DNA of 64,000 nucleotides from Chiloscyllium plagiosum (Eukaryota): NCBI RefSeq assembly GCF_004010195.1, contig NC_057711.1, positions 77,848,560 through 77,912,559 of the forward strand, written 5' to 3'. The position numbers and the translations under genes are program-made. Below the pieces are notes generated by a model. The model did not search any database and had not been told where the DNA came from. It saw nothing but the letters and a program-made list of their open reading frames with translations. Positions 11,763-25,005 of the stretch are shown here, piece after piece. Each line of letters starts with the position of its first letter. Position 1 is the stretch's first letter.

Positions 11763-11914
11763 GTGAGGAAATTTTAAATTTACTCAAGAAGTGTGCAGAA
11801 TTTGTTGAAAAAATCTTTATTTTCATTGTCAGCATTTGCTTGAATTACTGTAGATTATTTTTTTCAATACAGTGCACCGAGCTTCTGTTCATAACAGCAT
11901 CTCACTTGTTTCAG

Positions 11915-12210
11915 GCATTCTTCAACATTTTCCAAGCTGCCAGAGAAGCTGTCACAGAGGCAACTGTCCAAGCAGCATCTGGCGTGAAGGATCTTGCAGA
12001 ACGGAGCACTAGAATGCAACTTGACATTCACATCAATGCACCTGTTGTTGTTGTACCTCAATCTCCTGTGTCAAAAAATGTTGTTGTTGCAGACTTTGGT
12101 TTTGTCATTATTCAGAACAGTTTCTCACTGGTAAAACAAAAAGGTTCCACTAATCTCCCACCTATAATTGACTCCATGAAAATTTCGTTACGTGAACTTA
12201 AACTGTACAG
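11915..12210 (+). CDS. VPS13A: VPS13A coding exon 4 (phase 0/2)
   Basis: ttcag|GCA...AG|gtatgg. Encodes AFFNIFQAAREAVTEATVQAASGVKDLAERSTRMQLDIHINAPVVVVPQSPVSKNVVVADFG...LKLYR; the APVVVVPQS motif is typical of VPS13 repeating beta-groove modules. Confidence 0.96.
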
Positions 12211-12642
12211 GTATGGAAATTCTATAGAATTTTTAAAAAGTAATACAACAATATATATCATGAACACTTGACTGCTTCCTAATATTTGAATGGGTCATAT
12301 TTTGAATCTTTATAGTCCATTTTAAAATAAAGGTCAAACCTTTATGTTTACTGCATCCAAATCCTAACTAATACCTAAGCTGTATCACTGTCTTTATAGA
12401 TAGGCAACATTTATGTAAAGTTTCATTTTAGCCTGAAAAATAATTTTGATGAACTTCTACTGGAATCTATTCTAGGTTTGTGAATGCTTGCTTGATGTTA
12501 ACTTGAAAACTTGATTCATAGCCAAGAGTACTTCTACGGGGTCATGATAATAAAATAGTAATAAAGTTTCTTGAATATTGTGAGTAACAATTAAATTTGT
12601 AATATTAGAATATGATTCAGAAATAAATATCTACTACATTAT

Positions 12643-15097
12643 AGTTGTGGGTATGTTCAATGATCCTGGGAAGTTGATTTGCAGACATTTCGTCTCCTGT
12701 CAAGGTGACATCCTCAGTGGTTTGGAGCCGTCTGTGAAATGCTGCAGTACTGTGTCTTCTGGAAATTATTTGGTTCCGTCCCTGCTGCTTCCGGTTCCGA
12801 TTGTTCGTTGTAGTGGCCGGTATGTTGGGTTTCGATCTGTGTGCTTGTTGATGGAGTCCGTGGATGAGTTCCATACTTCTTGGAATTCTTTGGCTGTCCT
12901 CTGTTACCTTATCCTATGGTCGTTGTGTTGTCCCAGTTGAATTTGTGATCATTGGTCATCTGTGTGTATGGCTACTCGGGTCAGCTGGTCGTGGCATTTA
13001 CTGGCTAGTTGGTGTTCGTGGATGTGGATTGCTTGCCTGCCTGTTTATCCTATATAGTGTTTTGTGCAGTTTTTTCATGGAATCTTGTAAATTATGTTAG
13101 TTTTGCACATGATGGATATAGGGTCTTCTGTTCTGGTGAGTTGTCAGAGCATGGCTGGTGGTTTTTGGGCTAACATGAATCTGAATGGTCGGAGAAGTCT
13201 GGCTGTTCCGAAACATTTTTTATATAAGGCAGTGTGGCTAGTGTATTGGGTTGTGGCATGTCCTTGTCATACTTTGCTAGGCATCTGCGGATGAAGTTGT
13301 GGGGAATCTGTTCTTGGTGAAGATTCTGTAGAGGTGGTGTTCTTCCCTTCGTAGGTCAGGAGTACTGCAGTGTATTGTAGCCCTTTTGAACAGGGTCCTA
13401 ATGCAGCTTCTCTTGTGTATTCAGGTGGTTGCTTATGTAGTTCAGGATCTGGTCCGTGTGTGTGGCTTTTCTGTACACTCTTGTACTGGATTCACTTCTG
13501 TCTTCTTTCTACAATTACATCCAGGAATGGGAGTTAGTTATTGGTCTCCTCCTCCTCTCGTAAATTTGATCCCTGTGAGCATGGTGTTGATATTCCAATG
13601 TGTGTTCTCGATCATTGTTCTCTTAATAACTACAAAAGTGTCGTCCATATACCTGAACCAGAATTTGGGTTATATTTGTGGCAGGGCTGTTTGTTCCAAT
13701 CTTTGCAACACTGCTTCTGTTATGAGCTCGGAGATGGCTGAGCCCATAGACGTCCCATTGATTTGTTCATATATTTGCTTGTTGAATGGGAAGTGTGTCA
13801 TCAAGCACAGGTCTAGTAGTTTGCGTATGCAGGCCTTGTTGAGAGATTTCCTGTTATGTTCTCTGTTCTGCTTGTTCAGGAGGTTGGCTGTTATCTCTCT
13901 GGCTAGAGTTTTGTCAGTTGAAGCGAACTGTGCCATTGCATCAAATGAGACCATTGCTATGTTTATGTTTTTGATGTATAGAAATTCCTGTGATGATTGT
14001 ATGGAGTGTTTGGATCTGCTGATAAGATGTTTCAGTTTATGTGATGGAGTCCTGGAAGTGCTGCAATGGATCTAGGTGGTATGTCTGGTTTGTGTACCTT
14101 GGGTAGTTTTGTAAAATCTTAGGGTGTTGTTGCTTTCTGGTTTCATCCTTTGTAGGTCAATCCTGGTTATTAGTCTTTTTTTTGTAGGTTCCGTAGTGTG
14201 TTCAATAGCGTATTAGTTAGCTGTAGCGTGGGGTCAAACTCCCTCTGTAGGTAGGTGTCAGTATCTGCAAGTGGTTTCTCTGCTTTCTGAATATGTGTGG
14301 TCTTGTTCAGAATGACTGTCATTCTGCCTTTATCCGGTAGTACTATGGTTATGTTTTTTGTAATTTTTTGAGTGTTTTTAGGGCTTTGTCTCTTTGGTGT
14401 TGAGGTTGTTCATTTGTCTTTTCTTTGCGAGTGAGGTTATTTTGGTTTGTCTGACTGTTTCCAGTGTCTCTTTATTTAGTCAGTTACTTCTGAGTGTACA
14501 TTGTAGTGCAGCTAAGAAGTCTGTTGTTTTTGCATCCCTGTGGTTATACTTGAGTCCCTTGGCTAGTACCGCTTTTTCTGTATCTGTAAGGTTTCTGTTG
14601 GAGAGGTTTCTTACCCAGGTGTCTGTGTGTTGTCTTCTCTGCTGTTGGCTAGCTTACTCATTTTGTATTGTAGTGCCGTTCTCTTTCTGTATGTGGTTCT
14701 GTTCTGTCCATGGTGATGGCCTGTTTGATTGTCACGGTCCACTTCTGATTGATTGTTTTTGAAATTAACAATTTTTGCTGCACAGTTTCTTGTCTGTACC
14801 TGTGTAATCTGTTATGTGCATCTGTAACCATAACCTGGATCATCCCAAAACCGTTTTGTCATGACTGTTTCTCTGGCTTGTGGGTTGTTGATGTGAGTTG
14901 TTGATCTGACACAGGGTGGTAATATTTGATTCCTTCGACATCCATGTAAGAATTGCAGTTGTTCACAGGTAATGCTTAAGCGTTTGGTACAGGATTCCTA
15001 TTTCCTTGCATGTCTGCAAATCAACTTCCCAGCTTGGCAAACTTACCCAGAACTCCAGCACCTGACACCCAAGCTATAAATCTTTACGTAAACATTG
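12643..15097 (-). mobile_element. Large degraded Penelope-like element (RT) with inverted pLTR at its 5' end
   Basis: Minus-strand MVSFD...YEQINGTSMGSAIS...WFRYMDDT RT motifs. 12666-12688 and 15010-15032 form a perfect 23-bp inverted repeat. Possible decayed TSD (10/14) at 12629-12642 and 15098-15111. Confidence 0.9.
12681..12720 (-). ncRNA. Degenerate hammerhead motif in PLE pLTR
   Basis: Reverse complement is cca-CTGAGGA-t-GTCaCCT-tgac-AGGaGAC-GAA-ATGT-C-tgc. Confidence 0.62.
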
Positions 15098-16209
15098 ATC
15101 TAGTATGCTATTTTAAGCCTTCTCCAGTGATCAGTTTGAAGGCAGGGAGGGCACTTAATTAGGCACAATAGTGGCACATGGGGACTCTGCGGTATTGTAC
15201 CTCTGGGCTGATTTAAGCTCATGACAGAAAGGTGCCTGGGGCCACATCCGAGTGGTGCTGTTATTATCCCAGTATGGGTAGGCCTCTCAATGCACTGGGA
15301 GCATGACAAGCAAACTGACATCACAATGAACATATAATAAAGGAGCTTGCTCAGTCATTCAGTAAGAACATGGCTGATCAGTTGTATTGTGAATTCCAGA
15401 TTCCCATCAAAATACTATTGTGAAATCCAATCTTCTCCCTTTTTCAGTCCGAAAGTAAAATTTTAATCATGTGGTCACTGCTACCTAGGGTTGGTTAACT
15501 TTGAAGTCATCAATTAATCTGTCACAATACCAAATCATCATAACCTGTTCTAAGAAGCTATCTTGAAATTATTCTGTGAACTCTTTATCCAAGTTACTAC
15601 TGCTGATTTTTTTCCAATTCATATATAAAGCCACCCATGTTTATTACGGTATCTGTATCAAAGCACCCAATATTTCTTCTTGTATATTTTGTTCCACAAT
15701 TTGATTATTGTTAGGGGCCCATAAACCCCTCCCACTGTGACTTATTTCTCCTTCTTCTCTACCCAAACTGATCCCACATACAGAACCTCTAAGCCAAGGA
15801 TGTGCCTAATTATTACACAAATGCCATCCTTGATTAGCATTGCTATCCTTTTACCTTTACCTAGCTTCCTATTTTTTTTGAATGTCATATACCCCTTAAT
15901 ATTCAAGACCCAAATCTTGTCATACTGAATGTCTCCATCATGGCTTACAGTTTCTTTTTCTTTTTTTTGCTTCAATGTGTGCGATTAATTTATTTACTTT
16001 GCTATGAACCTTTAATTGTGTGTTGTTGCTATCTTTGTGACATCTAGTCTTAATTGTTGATTATTTCTGAGGTTTTCTCTCTGCCATATTCTCATATTAC
16101 TATTTCCCTCTTATCTTGTCCCTATTCTTAGATATACCATTGCTTTTTGTATAAGATCCCTTGCTCTTTTCTAAACTCTCTTCATTTCTCTAGTTTTGCA
16201 TCATACTTT

Positions 16210-16992
16210 TGTGATGATACATGGCTTTAGAAGGAGTATTTTGTCCAGGTTTTGTTTTAAAATAGAAGGGTTGAGACAGAGGCACAGAGCTGTCTCTTCT
16301 AAGCCAATAAAATAAACAGCTTGTGAGGCCTTTGTTATCTTTTTAAAGTTGCAACAATTGAAGCAGCATGAAGGGGTAGGCGAAAGTGAGGACTGCAGAT
16401 GCTGGAGATTAGAGGCAAGATTAGAGTGGTGCTGGAAATGCACAACAGGTCAGGCAGCTTGGCTCCTGCCCAAACGTCGATAAAGGGGTAGGGTCAGGCT
16501 TCCAAAGAGCCAGGATCTTATTTTAGATTTCAGTAACTGTTGAGGTTTTGAAGCTGCTATACATCTCTCCATGCTTCAGTAAAATGCTTGAGCTCTATCT
16601 TTCTCAGAATTTTCTCTTTATGTTTGTTCTTCCTGGACTGGAGAAATGTTGCATGTGAGACGATCTATTTTACTGAATTTGGGTCTGCCAAGGGTTTATG
16701 GGATGTTACTATCTTGGAACAGCTAATCAGTGGTAGTTAACATATATGTTATCTTGTTAAGTATTCCAATAGAGTTACATTTAAGCTAATTTTATTTTTA
16801 AATTTATTCTTTTGTTTGTATTTTAACTATAGTCTCAGAACAAAGTGTGTTTTGCCTCAAGCCTGGTAGTTTAACCAATCAAATTGCACCTGGAATACAA
16901 CACCTTACATTTCCCTTTCAAAAATAAGAAAAAGTTGGAGTCTAGGCCTATCTTCTTACTATGTTTTGATGGGATTTGTTCTGTCCATAACA
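16210..16992. mobile_element. Solo LTR (Gypsy-like, 4-bp TSD)
   Basis: Begins TGTGATG and ends CATAACA. Flanked by CTTT on both sides (16206-16209, 16993-16996). No internal coding sequence. Confidence 0.65.
16381..16482. mobile_element. Short PLE pLTR insert with small inverted piece, nested in the solo LTR
   Basis: gaaagtgaggactgcagatgctgg terminus, followed by an inverted tgcccaaacgtcga piece. TSD aaggggtagg (16371-16380, 16483-16492). Confidence 0.75.
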
Positions 16993-17154
16993 CTTTGAAT
17001 AATATTCAATGAATATCAGACAATTTGCTATCAAGATCTGATCAAATTGGTAGTATCTGATAGACTCACCTTGTTGTTCTAAGTTTTTGTTTACATAATT
17101 GCAAATGTTGAGCCTAATTAATGTCACGGAGTTCCCTGAAGCCTTACCTCCAGT

Positions 17155-17400
17155 AAAATAAAATATAGAACTGTGGTTGCTGGAAATCTGAACAAAAACA
17201 GAAATTGCTGGAGAATTTCAGCAGATCTGGCAGAGTCTGTGGAGAGAAAGTTTTGAGTTCAGTGATCTTCCCTCTGAAGTGAGGTCTGAAGAAGGGTCAG
17301 TAGATGCAAAATGTGAGCTCGACTTTCTCTCCATAGATGCTGCCAGACTTAAAGGTTTCGCCAGCAATTTGTATTTGTTCCGTTTCTCTAGTATCTGACT
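17155..17400. mobile_element. Old, diverged PLE-derived fold-back element
   Basis: aaattgctgg...tctggcag..tctgtggagagaaag is imperfectly complementary to ctttctctccatagatgctgccaga...ccagcaattt. A decayed CTGAAGAagggtca motif lies near the centre. Confidence 0.65.
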
Positions 17401-19326
17401 GAGGGAACCAGTCTTGGAAGATCTGCTGAAAGCCACACTCTAGACCTTGTTGTGATCTTTTTTTTCCTTCTCCTGCAGCCCACACCCTATTAAATCCTAT
17501 CTGACATCATTTGCCTAGGGTCTGCATTATCCTGCAGTCCTGGTCTTTGATGGATGTCATTCCTGGAGCACTGCTGCTGGCTTGATTTCCAGGAAATCCT
17601 GGTGAGCAGGATATCCTCCCTGATATCATGACACTGCCTTTTAGGAAGGCAGGTCAGTCACCTGTTATTTATATGATTTGCTTGTATTTGAGCAGGCCTG
17701 CCCCAAAGGAGGCAATGTAGATCTTTCAAAAAAAACACTTGCTGGAGAAACTCAGGACTGGCAGCATCCATGGAGAGAAAACAGTTAATATTTCCTGTCC
17801 AGTGACCCTTCTAAAGGACTTTTACTTTCAAAACCTGATGGACTATAATCTGGTGTTGTGTGATTTTTAACTTTGTCCACCCCAGTCCAACAGCGACACC
17901 TCTACATCATGGACACAGTGGGACAAAGGGCAGCTTTATATACTGTAAAACCTCTGATTCTCTGACTTTATTTCCTTCAAGAAATCATTTTTGTAAAAAA
18001 AGTAACAATTAGATCTTTATTGTCTGTATTCCTTATTCGTTCTCTAAATTTTTAACTTAACTTTAAATACGTGCAACTTCCATTTCTGCATGTAACTACT
18101 TCAATTCTCTTGTCATATCATATTCTTAAAATTCTTTTAGTTTTTATGATCTAGTTTGCAACTGTGAAAAACAGTTTCCGTTAACAAAAAAACCTTCAAA
18201 CTTAGTCTTCAAATCAGTTTAAAGTTAGGAGTTTTGAAATTTGCCCCATGATGTAATTGATATGAATAGAAGAATTGAGAATTATAGCTGAAAGGTTCAA
18301 CTTTCACTGTCTTTGGGAAAAATACAAAATTTCTGCCACCTGCATATGGAAAAAAACTTCCTATTTGCACTCGAATAACTTGGCTCTAATTTTAATATTA
18401 TGCTTACTACTTCTAACTCGTTGCATGTTGAAGCTGAACAAATTATACAGAATAGCTTATCTTGGTGGGAATCTTTATTATGAACAATAAGAGTCATTCA
18501 TTCATTTAGGCATTGAGGAAGTTTTCAAATTGATGGAACATTCAGCAGTTCACGAAGTCAAATTATTTAACAATATTGCTTTTTCGTCTTGTGTAGCATT
18601 ACCTTAGTTATAAATTACAAGTAAACTAATCTTAAAATATTAGAGTAAATCAACAACATATAGGTCCTTCAACAAAATGAAAGCATCCAAGGTTATAAAA
18701 CAGTGCATGATATTAAGCCAAATAATGAAATATTAAGTCGAATTAGTAATATCTTGCTCAAGAGCAGAGTTTGGAGTGGGGAGCAATATTCAGTGGCTTC
18801 AGTCTTACCAATATTCTGCCTGTTAAGTACTAGATTTTGAGTAAATAGTCTGATAATTTAGCAACAGTGAATTAGTCAAGTGAAGTGTGAATGAGTGAAG
18901 TTTGGATTTTGCAGCAAAATGAGAAAACTAATGCTGTTTCTTTGGGTGATGCTACCAAGGGGTAGCATATGCATGGGAAATAGAAGTGGGCAGATTCTTT
19001 GGAACACTAAAGGTGATAATGTGGGAGCAAAATGTCAAGTAATTTCAAGTGATTCTTCAGCTATGATTAAACAGGATGGAATCACATTAAGTTATCTTTT
19101 GTTAGTTTTTAGAAGGCCAAGTCACTTTCACTTACATCTATTAAATACAAAGTAGATTTATGGAATTTTTATGCTATTGTATGAAAGGCTAATAATGTAT
19201 TCTAATGTCTAGTTAATGAGCCAAGATTTTTGTTACCAACATCTTATGTTTCACATACTCTCTTTACAAAAAATGATTGCATAACATAATTGACTTTTGA
19301 AATCAAATATTTTTTAATTTCACCAG

Positions 19327-19474
19327 GACAATATTTGAGAATGAAGCTTTTCGGTCTGAAATCTCTTTGCTTCAACCTGTTAATCTGGAAGTTGTTGTTG
19401 AACGCAATTTGTCTGCTGCTTGGTACCATGAGGTTCCTGATATTAAAATTCTTGGAACCCTAAAACCTCTGCAT
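19327..19474 (+). CDS. VPS13A: VPS13A coding exon 5 (phase 2/0)
   Basis: ccag|G...CAT|gtaagt. Encodes TIFENEAFRSEISLLQPVNLEVVVERNLSAAWYHEVPDIKILGTLKPLH. Confidence 0.95.
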
Positions 19475-20168
19475 GTAAGTGCATCTTTTCAAAATTTGTG
19501 TTTTGAATTAGATTTCCTAATAATAGAAAGCAGATATAAATTACCCAAATTAGGTTTCAAACTGTTACCAAACTCTCAAGTACTCAATACAATTATTTCG
19601 TTTTCTTCTTAGTTCCTGCTCCCATTCCTTTACATGAGCATTTTGAATGCTTTTCTGATTCTAAGTAAGATTTACTAAACTGTTTTTCTGTACAACTTCC
19701 AATAGAACATTTTTTGTTATGTAATGCAAAATGTAACTGTTGCTACATTTGAATGACTTTCTTAAAGATATAAACAAGTGTTTGGAAAGCAACTGATGTG
19801 TGGAGATTTTATGAGGAATTTCATTTAAAATTTATTTAAAATTGGCTTGTGATAATATGACACGGACATTTATATTAAACTCACTACGTATACCGTGACT
19901 AAAGTAGTGGTAGAATATATATTTTTTAAAAAACTGGAAGTCCTTGGGTGTCAGTGTACCAATTTAATCCTAAATTTGTAACATGAATAAGGAAACATTT
20001 GCCATTCTTGCCTATTCTTCAAGTTTTATTTACTTGATTTAGATATATTTTTGCTGCCAAAGCAGGCATATACATAAATTGTGCCTCTCGGCTGTTCATA
20101 GACATGATGTTGATTAATGCTTTTTTAAAGTATTATTCTTCATTTGTATTGATTTGATGTTTTGATAG

Positions 20169-20298
20169 GCTACGCTCAGCCAAGATGATCTGATCATCAT
20201 ATTGAAATCTCTGAATGAAAATTTGGGTGATAATTCTGTTGAAGTTGTACCTGTACAAGCTCAGAGGAATAGTTCAAGTCCTTCTCCAAGTTCTGCAG
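20169..20298 (+). CDS. VPS13A: VPS13A coding exon 6 (phase 0/1)
   Basis: atag|GCT...G|gtttgc. Encodes ATLSQDDLIIILKSLNENLGDNSVEVVPVQAQRNSSSPSPSSA-G. Not in the ORF track but phase-compatible on both sides. Confidence 0.88.
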
Positions 20299-22713
20299 GT
20301 TTGCATTCTTTTTGCATCGATATTGAAATTATTAATTTTACATCTCATATTGAATAAAATTATTCCTCATCTCATATGTTCCTTATTTGACTTGCAGCAA
20401 AAGCAGTTGATATTTTCTCAATGACTTTGAAAAGATATGATTATCCAGCTTTTAAACAATGTCAGTTTTCCACCTCCCTCCAGTTCCTAACTAATTGTCC
20501 ATGACATTCTATGGTGTCCCAGTTAAGCTTAATGGAAGCTTGAGGAGCAGCACAATCTTTTGATTCAGCTTTCTGGATTCTACATTGAGTTCAACAATTT
20601 TTGGTCACCACTTCTGCCACTGTCCCTTTATTTTGTTTTATTTATCTTCCCCTTTTGAGTTTGGTTTACAAATGACAGCTGTTCATGATTCTGTCATTCA
20701 CACCTCTTGAGATTTTTAGCCAGTCACCACTTCCTTCTTTTGCCTTAAATCATCAACACTTGGCCATTTAAACTCTTCTGCTTTCATCCTGTATGTAACC
20801 CTTTTGTTTTTACTCTTTTTTTTAATCTCCTGAAAACATCTCTAATTTTCATAGTTGTGCTGAGTGTTTTCAGTGCTTTCTATCTTTTATTCACTTTGTT
20901 TCTTTCTTAACATTAATTCACTCACCTGAATTCATCCTTACCTTCACTTCTTTCCAAATTTTTACTTCCCAGCTGTTGAAATTATGCACTGTTGGCCACA
21001 TTGTTCCTGAAGATCACAAATCCTATTGGCCTCTGCGCTGTTAGCTTTTGCAGCTACCAGCTTGTAGAGAAAATTATTATTGAAGCTGAAGGACGCAGGG
21101 AAAAAGTGTCTAATGCACCACTTAAATAAGATTTGGCTCAATGAGCTAAGCGATGCATAATTTGGAAAACCAGTTTAAAATTGAAGTGTAGCAAGGGATT
21201 GATATTTTTGAAAGTTCTGAATTTTCACTTATTTGAAAATTAATAACCCCTCTGTTTCAGTAATGCCTGTCAAAGAAGAGAGGCCTCATTTGGCTGTACT
21301 TATTTCAACCTCATACTGCATGTTGGATTCTTGAGGCAGAATTTTAATTAGACAACGGGAGTCTTGCCCATCAGCTGGAAAGTCTTGAAAACATTCTACA
21401 TACCTTTGGGAAGACTCACCATTAAGTGGCCAATTGTAAGCGTTTTCTGGGATCAGTAACTTGGGTGTAAATGCCTCCACCTCTACCTGCTCACTTGCCC
21501 TTCTCCAAGTCCTCAAGAGCTTCAGGTCTTTAAGGCTGAGAGCATCATAGGCAGCAACATCACCATGGGAATGGTAGATATCAAACACCCAGGCCACATG
21601 CGAGTTCAAATGGTCAGGACCCATGGGGAGGGATTCACTAATGCTGTAGGAATGGGGAAGCAAGGACATAGTAGTTCACTGCAGGTTGCGTGCCCTTGAT
21701 CAGGCCTCTGAAACAGGGACCTGCAACCCCTGAAAGCAACCAGGCAACCTTGAGCCATGTTTATTTTTCAGGCTTTCTGCTTATGGTTGCCCTGTCTATT
21801 GTTGGTTAAGGACAAGTGATGGTGGGATGAGATTCTCAAATGTGAATTAATTCCAGCTTTAGGATTGTAGTTCGCTTAGGACAAGATGGTTGACTGTGAA
21901 GATGGCTGACCATTAGCAGTAGAATACTGAGCAATGTTGAAGGGAATCTTGGAGTGTATGGCTACTGATCCTTGAAAGAATACGATATTATGTAATTTTA
22001 CTCCAGCTTTTTCTGTTATTGTGTAATAAAGCATTGCCAAAGCACTGCAGCACTCGTGCAACATCCTGGCATGGATTAATGAGTGACAGGTAGAATTGTG
22101 CCACTTAAGTGTGATGTAATGATGATTCGTTGCAAAATGATTAATCTTGTGACGATCAACAAAATCATCAGCATTGCTCTGATACATTGAGTTCACTACT
22201 GACTAGAAATGTGTGGACCAATTATATCAAGAATATATATATAAGAGAAGGCTAAATAATGAACTGCTTTGTGATGTGTGATTTGAATATTCCTCATTTG
22301 CTTACGTGTATGTAGAAACTCAATACCATCTCAATGAAGGTAGTTGATAGTACACTCCACTACATAGTTCACCACCAGTATGGTAGTCTTGTGGCACAGT
22401 GGTCGATAATGCACAGTGATTGGGTCATATTCCTTCTTGTGAGTCAGGAGCTCCAAGTTGGGTAGCACTCCAGAGCTTAATATCCATGGATGTTGAATCA
22501 TAATGTGGCCAAACAGGTGAAATAGCAAACAGCAAAATTCTCTTGGTATGCCAATGGCAGGCGAATCTTCTGGCAACAATGCTTGTTATGGAATGTAGAT
22601 CATTGCTTCTGACAATGGACTTGTGACTTATTGTAGAAAAACTAGTTATGACAACAGACATAAGCATGTTCATGGTCTATCTTATGCATCATTAGACTTG
22701 GGAAGTCTAAGTC

Positions 22714-22998
22714 ATAGAACATAGAACAATACAGCGCAGAACAGGCCCTTCGGCCCTTGATGTTGCGCCGACCTCTGAATTATTCTCAGTTCGTCCCCCT
22801 ACACTATCCCATCATCATCCATGTGCTTATCCAAGGATTGTTTAAATCTCCCTAATGTGGCTGAGTTAACTACATTGGCAGGTAGGGCATTCCACACCCT
22901 TACCACTCTCTGAGTAAAGAACCTGCCTCTGACATCTGTCTTAAATCTATCACCCCTCAATTTGTAGTTATGTCCCCCTCGTACTAGCTGACGTCATC
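22714..22998 (-). mobile_element. Young CR1-type LINE 3' end
   Basis: (ATAGAAC)n tail on the + strand, then caggcccttcggccc and CR1 3' ORF2/UTR-like sequence. Confidence 0.75.
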
Positions 22999-24431
22999 AC
23001 CATTGCATTGTGACTACAGTGCATGCTGTATGTGTAACAGAAATACCAAGCTTAGAATGAAGTCTCAAAACATCAAGTACCAGGAGATACAATAGCAGTA
23101 TGATTGTGGGAACACAACCATCACTAGAATTCCCTCCAAGTAACATACTGACTGAACTTAAATATTTGTCTCCATTCTGTAATCATTGCAGAGACAAGCC
23201 AAGGGATGTCTCTACCTAACAAACTGTAGGAACACCATTCATTTTCCTGTGTCACTCGTATCCTGTGAGTGATTGAGAAAAGTGGACAGTGAAATCCTCA
23301 TCAGGAATAATAGTGAATTTTTGCCATGTCAGGTGCAATCTTTCCCTTCCAATAAATGGAAGGGAACAATGATGGGAGGGCAGATGTTGGGCAAGTTGGA
23401 GTCAGGATAATGCTTAACCCCTTTCCTGCATCAGAGCAGTTATGTTCTCAGCAAGAAGGCCCAAGTTGGGCTTAGCCACCGATTAAGTCCTTTAGTAGTC
23501 TATTAACAACTAGTTAAGGGTCTCATTCTTCTTGGTGTACAATCACTTCTGCTCCAGGAGTGATACAAAGTGTTGATCCACATGACTGATAAACCAGGGT
23601 AGACAAGCTGTCAGTTTGGGATGGGGTGTTCGGATTTCTCTTAATTTGTATTAGTTTATGTAAGGCAAAGAGACTATACCTTGTGCAGGGGGCTGCCCTC
23701 TGTTAGCCACACCATTCTTCACTTCTACACCACTGCCTTCCTTTCCCTGAGACACAAAACTCCCTGTACACAAAATGTTTTCATTAGTGATTCATCATCC
23801 AGGGGTCTGAGCACTAGTGTCCTGGCAGCAGCCCCAGTAGTGACTGCTTCTGGCTTCCTGAATGGTTGGAGACTCCAAACAAGCTTGGTGTTGCAATTCA
23901 AGCAGAAAGCTTGCTAGCAGACATTCAATTGTCTGAGAAGAACTAGTGCACTTTCTGATCCTATTAGAATGCAAGCTTCTCTGCAGAAAACTCTCCCACT
24001 TTAGGAAAATTGCTGTCTTTTAATCTCTCACATCTTGTACCCTAACACAGCATGTCCTTTTAGGTTCCAATTCCTGATTAAACAAATTTAAATTCTATCA
24101 GCTGCCATAGAATTGGAACTTGGTACTCAAGAGAATTATACTTGGTCTCTGGATTATTAGTCCAGTGACATTACCACCGCATCACCACTTCCCCTTTTTC
24201 ACAGCAATAGTAATGATAACAGGGTTTTTTCATGGAGGATATTATGCAATGAGTGAATTTTTAGACCAAATTGGTTGCTTTGTGGTCATTTTACTTTCTC
24301 ATTGATACCACTTGTTGACTGAAATTTTTAAACTGCTGCAAGAAAATGATGAAATAAAATCTGTGGAGAAAAATCTTTGCATAAATACTAAGCTCATTTC
24401 AATACTAAAAATATTTCTTTTTCTTCTTTAG

Positions 24432-24556
24432 GAAGAACTGTGGTAACGGCAGCTGTTGTAGAAACACAAAAACCTTTCAGAGTTAAAACAACGCTGAAGT
24501 TGGATTTTAAATTAGATGAACTTTCATTGATACTGTACAGTCAGTCCTTGAACCCG
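24432..24556 (+). CDS. VPS13A: VPS13A coding exon 7 (phase 1/0)
   Basis: Polypyrimidine tract tttag|GA...CCG|gtacaa. Encodes GRTVVTAAVVETQKPFRVKTTLKLDFKLDELSLILYSQSLNP; TVVTAAVVE matches VPS13A as recalled. Confidence 0.92.
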
Positions 24557-24679
24557 GTACAACAGTTTTCTTAAATTATCTGCTGAAAAAATGTTGTTTT
24601 TCTTTAACAAAATGCCATTTTTCAATTTCTATTTTTTTGCTTCTTCAAAATCACTGTTTATAGTAAGCCAGTGTTTGAA

Positions 24680-25005
24680 ACTGAGTTTGCGCACACCAGG
24701 TTATCACAAGCAGCAATGTGATGAGGATCAGCTAGTTTGTTTTTAGTGGTGTTTGAGGGATGACTATTGTCCAGCATACCAGGGATAAGTTTGTTTTTGT
24801 TTTTCAAAATAATGCCAAGAGATAATTTCCATGCACGTGATGTTTCCTGCTGTTTCAAGTGAAGTGTGTTATCTATAACATGGCAGCACTCCGTCAGTAT
24901 TGCACTGGAACTTTGACCTTGATTTTTGTGTTGAAGTCCTGGAGTGGAATTTGAACCCGCAGAGCCTTTTGAGTCAGAGGTAAAAGTACAGTCAACTGAG
25001 CTTAG
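24680..25005 (-). mobile_element. DeuSINE (SacSINE1/AmnSINE1-related) relic
   Basis: Reverse complement has a tRNA-like head (gctcagttg...ggttcaaattccactccag) followed by ccagtgcaatactgacggagtgctgc, matching my recollection of the Deu-domain consensus. Confidence 0.6.

Noticed and set aside
13386..14762. 229-aa and 122-aa hydrophobic + strand ORFs
   Set aside because: Antisense shadows of the A-rich minus-strand Penelope RT region.
23332..24016. Possible TIR pair gcaatctttccc / ggaaaattgc bounding an old MITE
   Set aside because: The match is too short and degenerate and there is no clear TSD.
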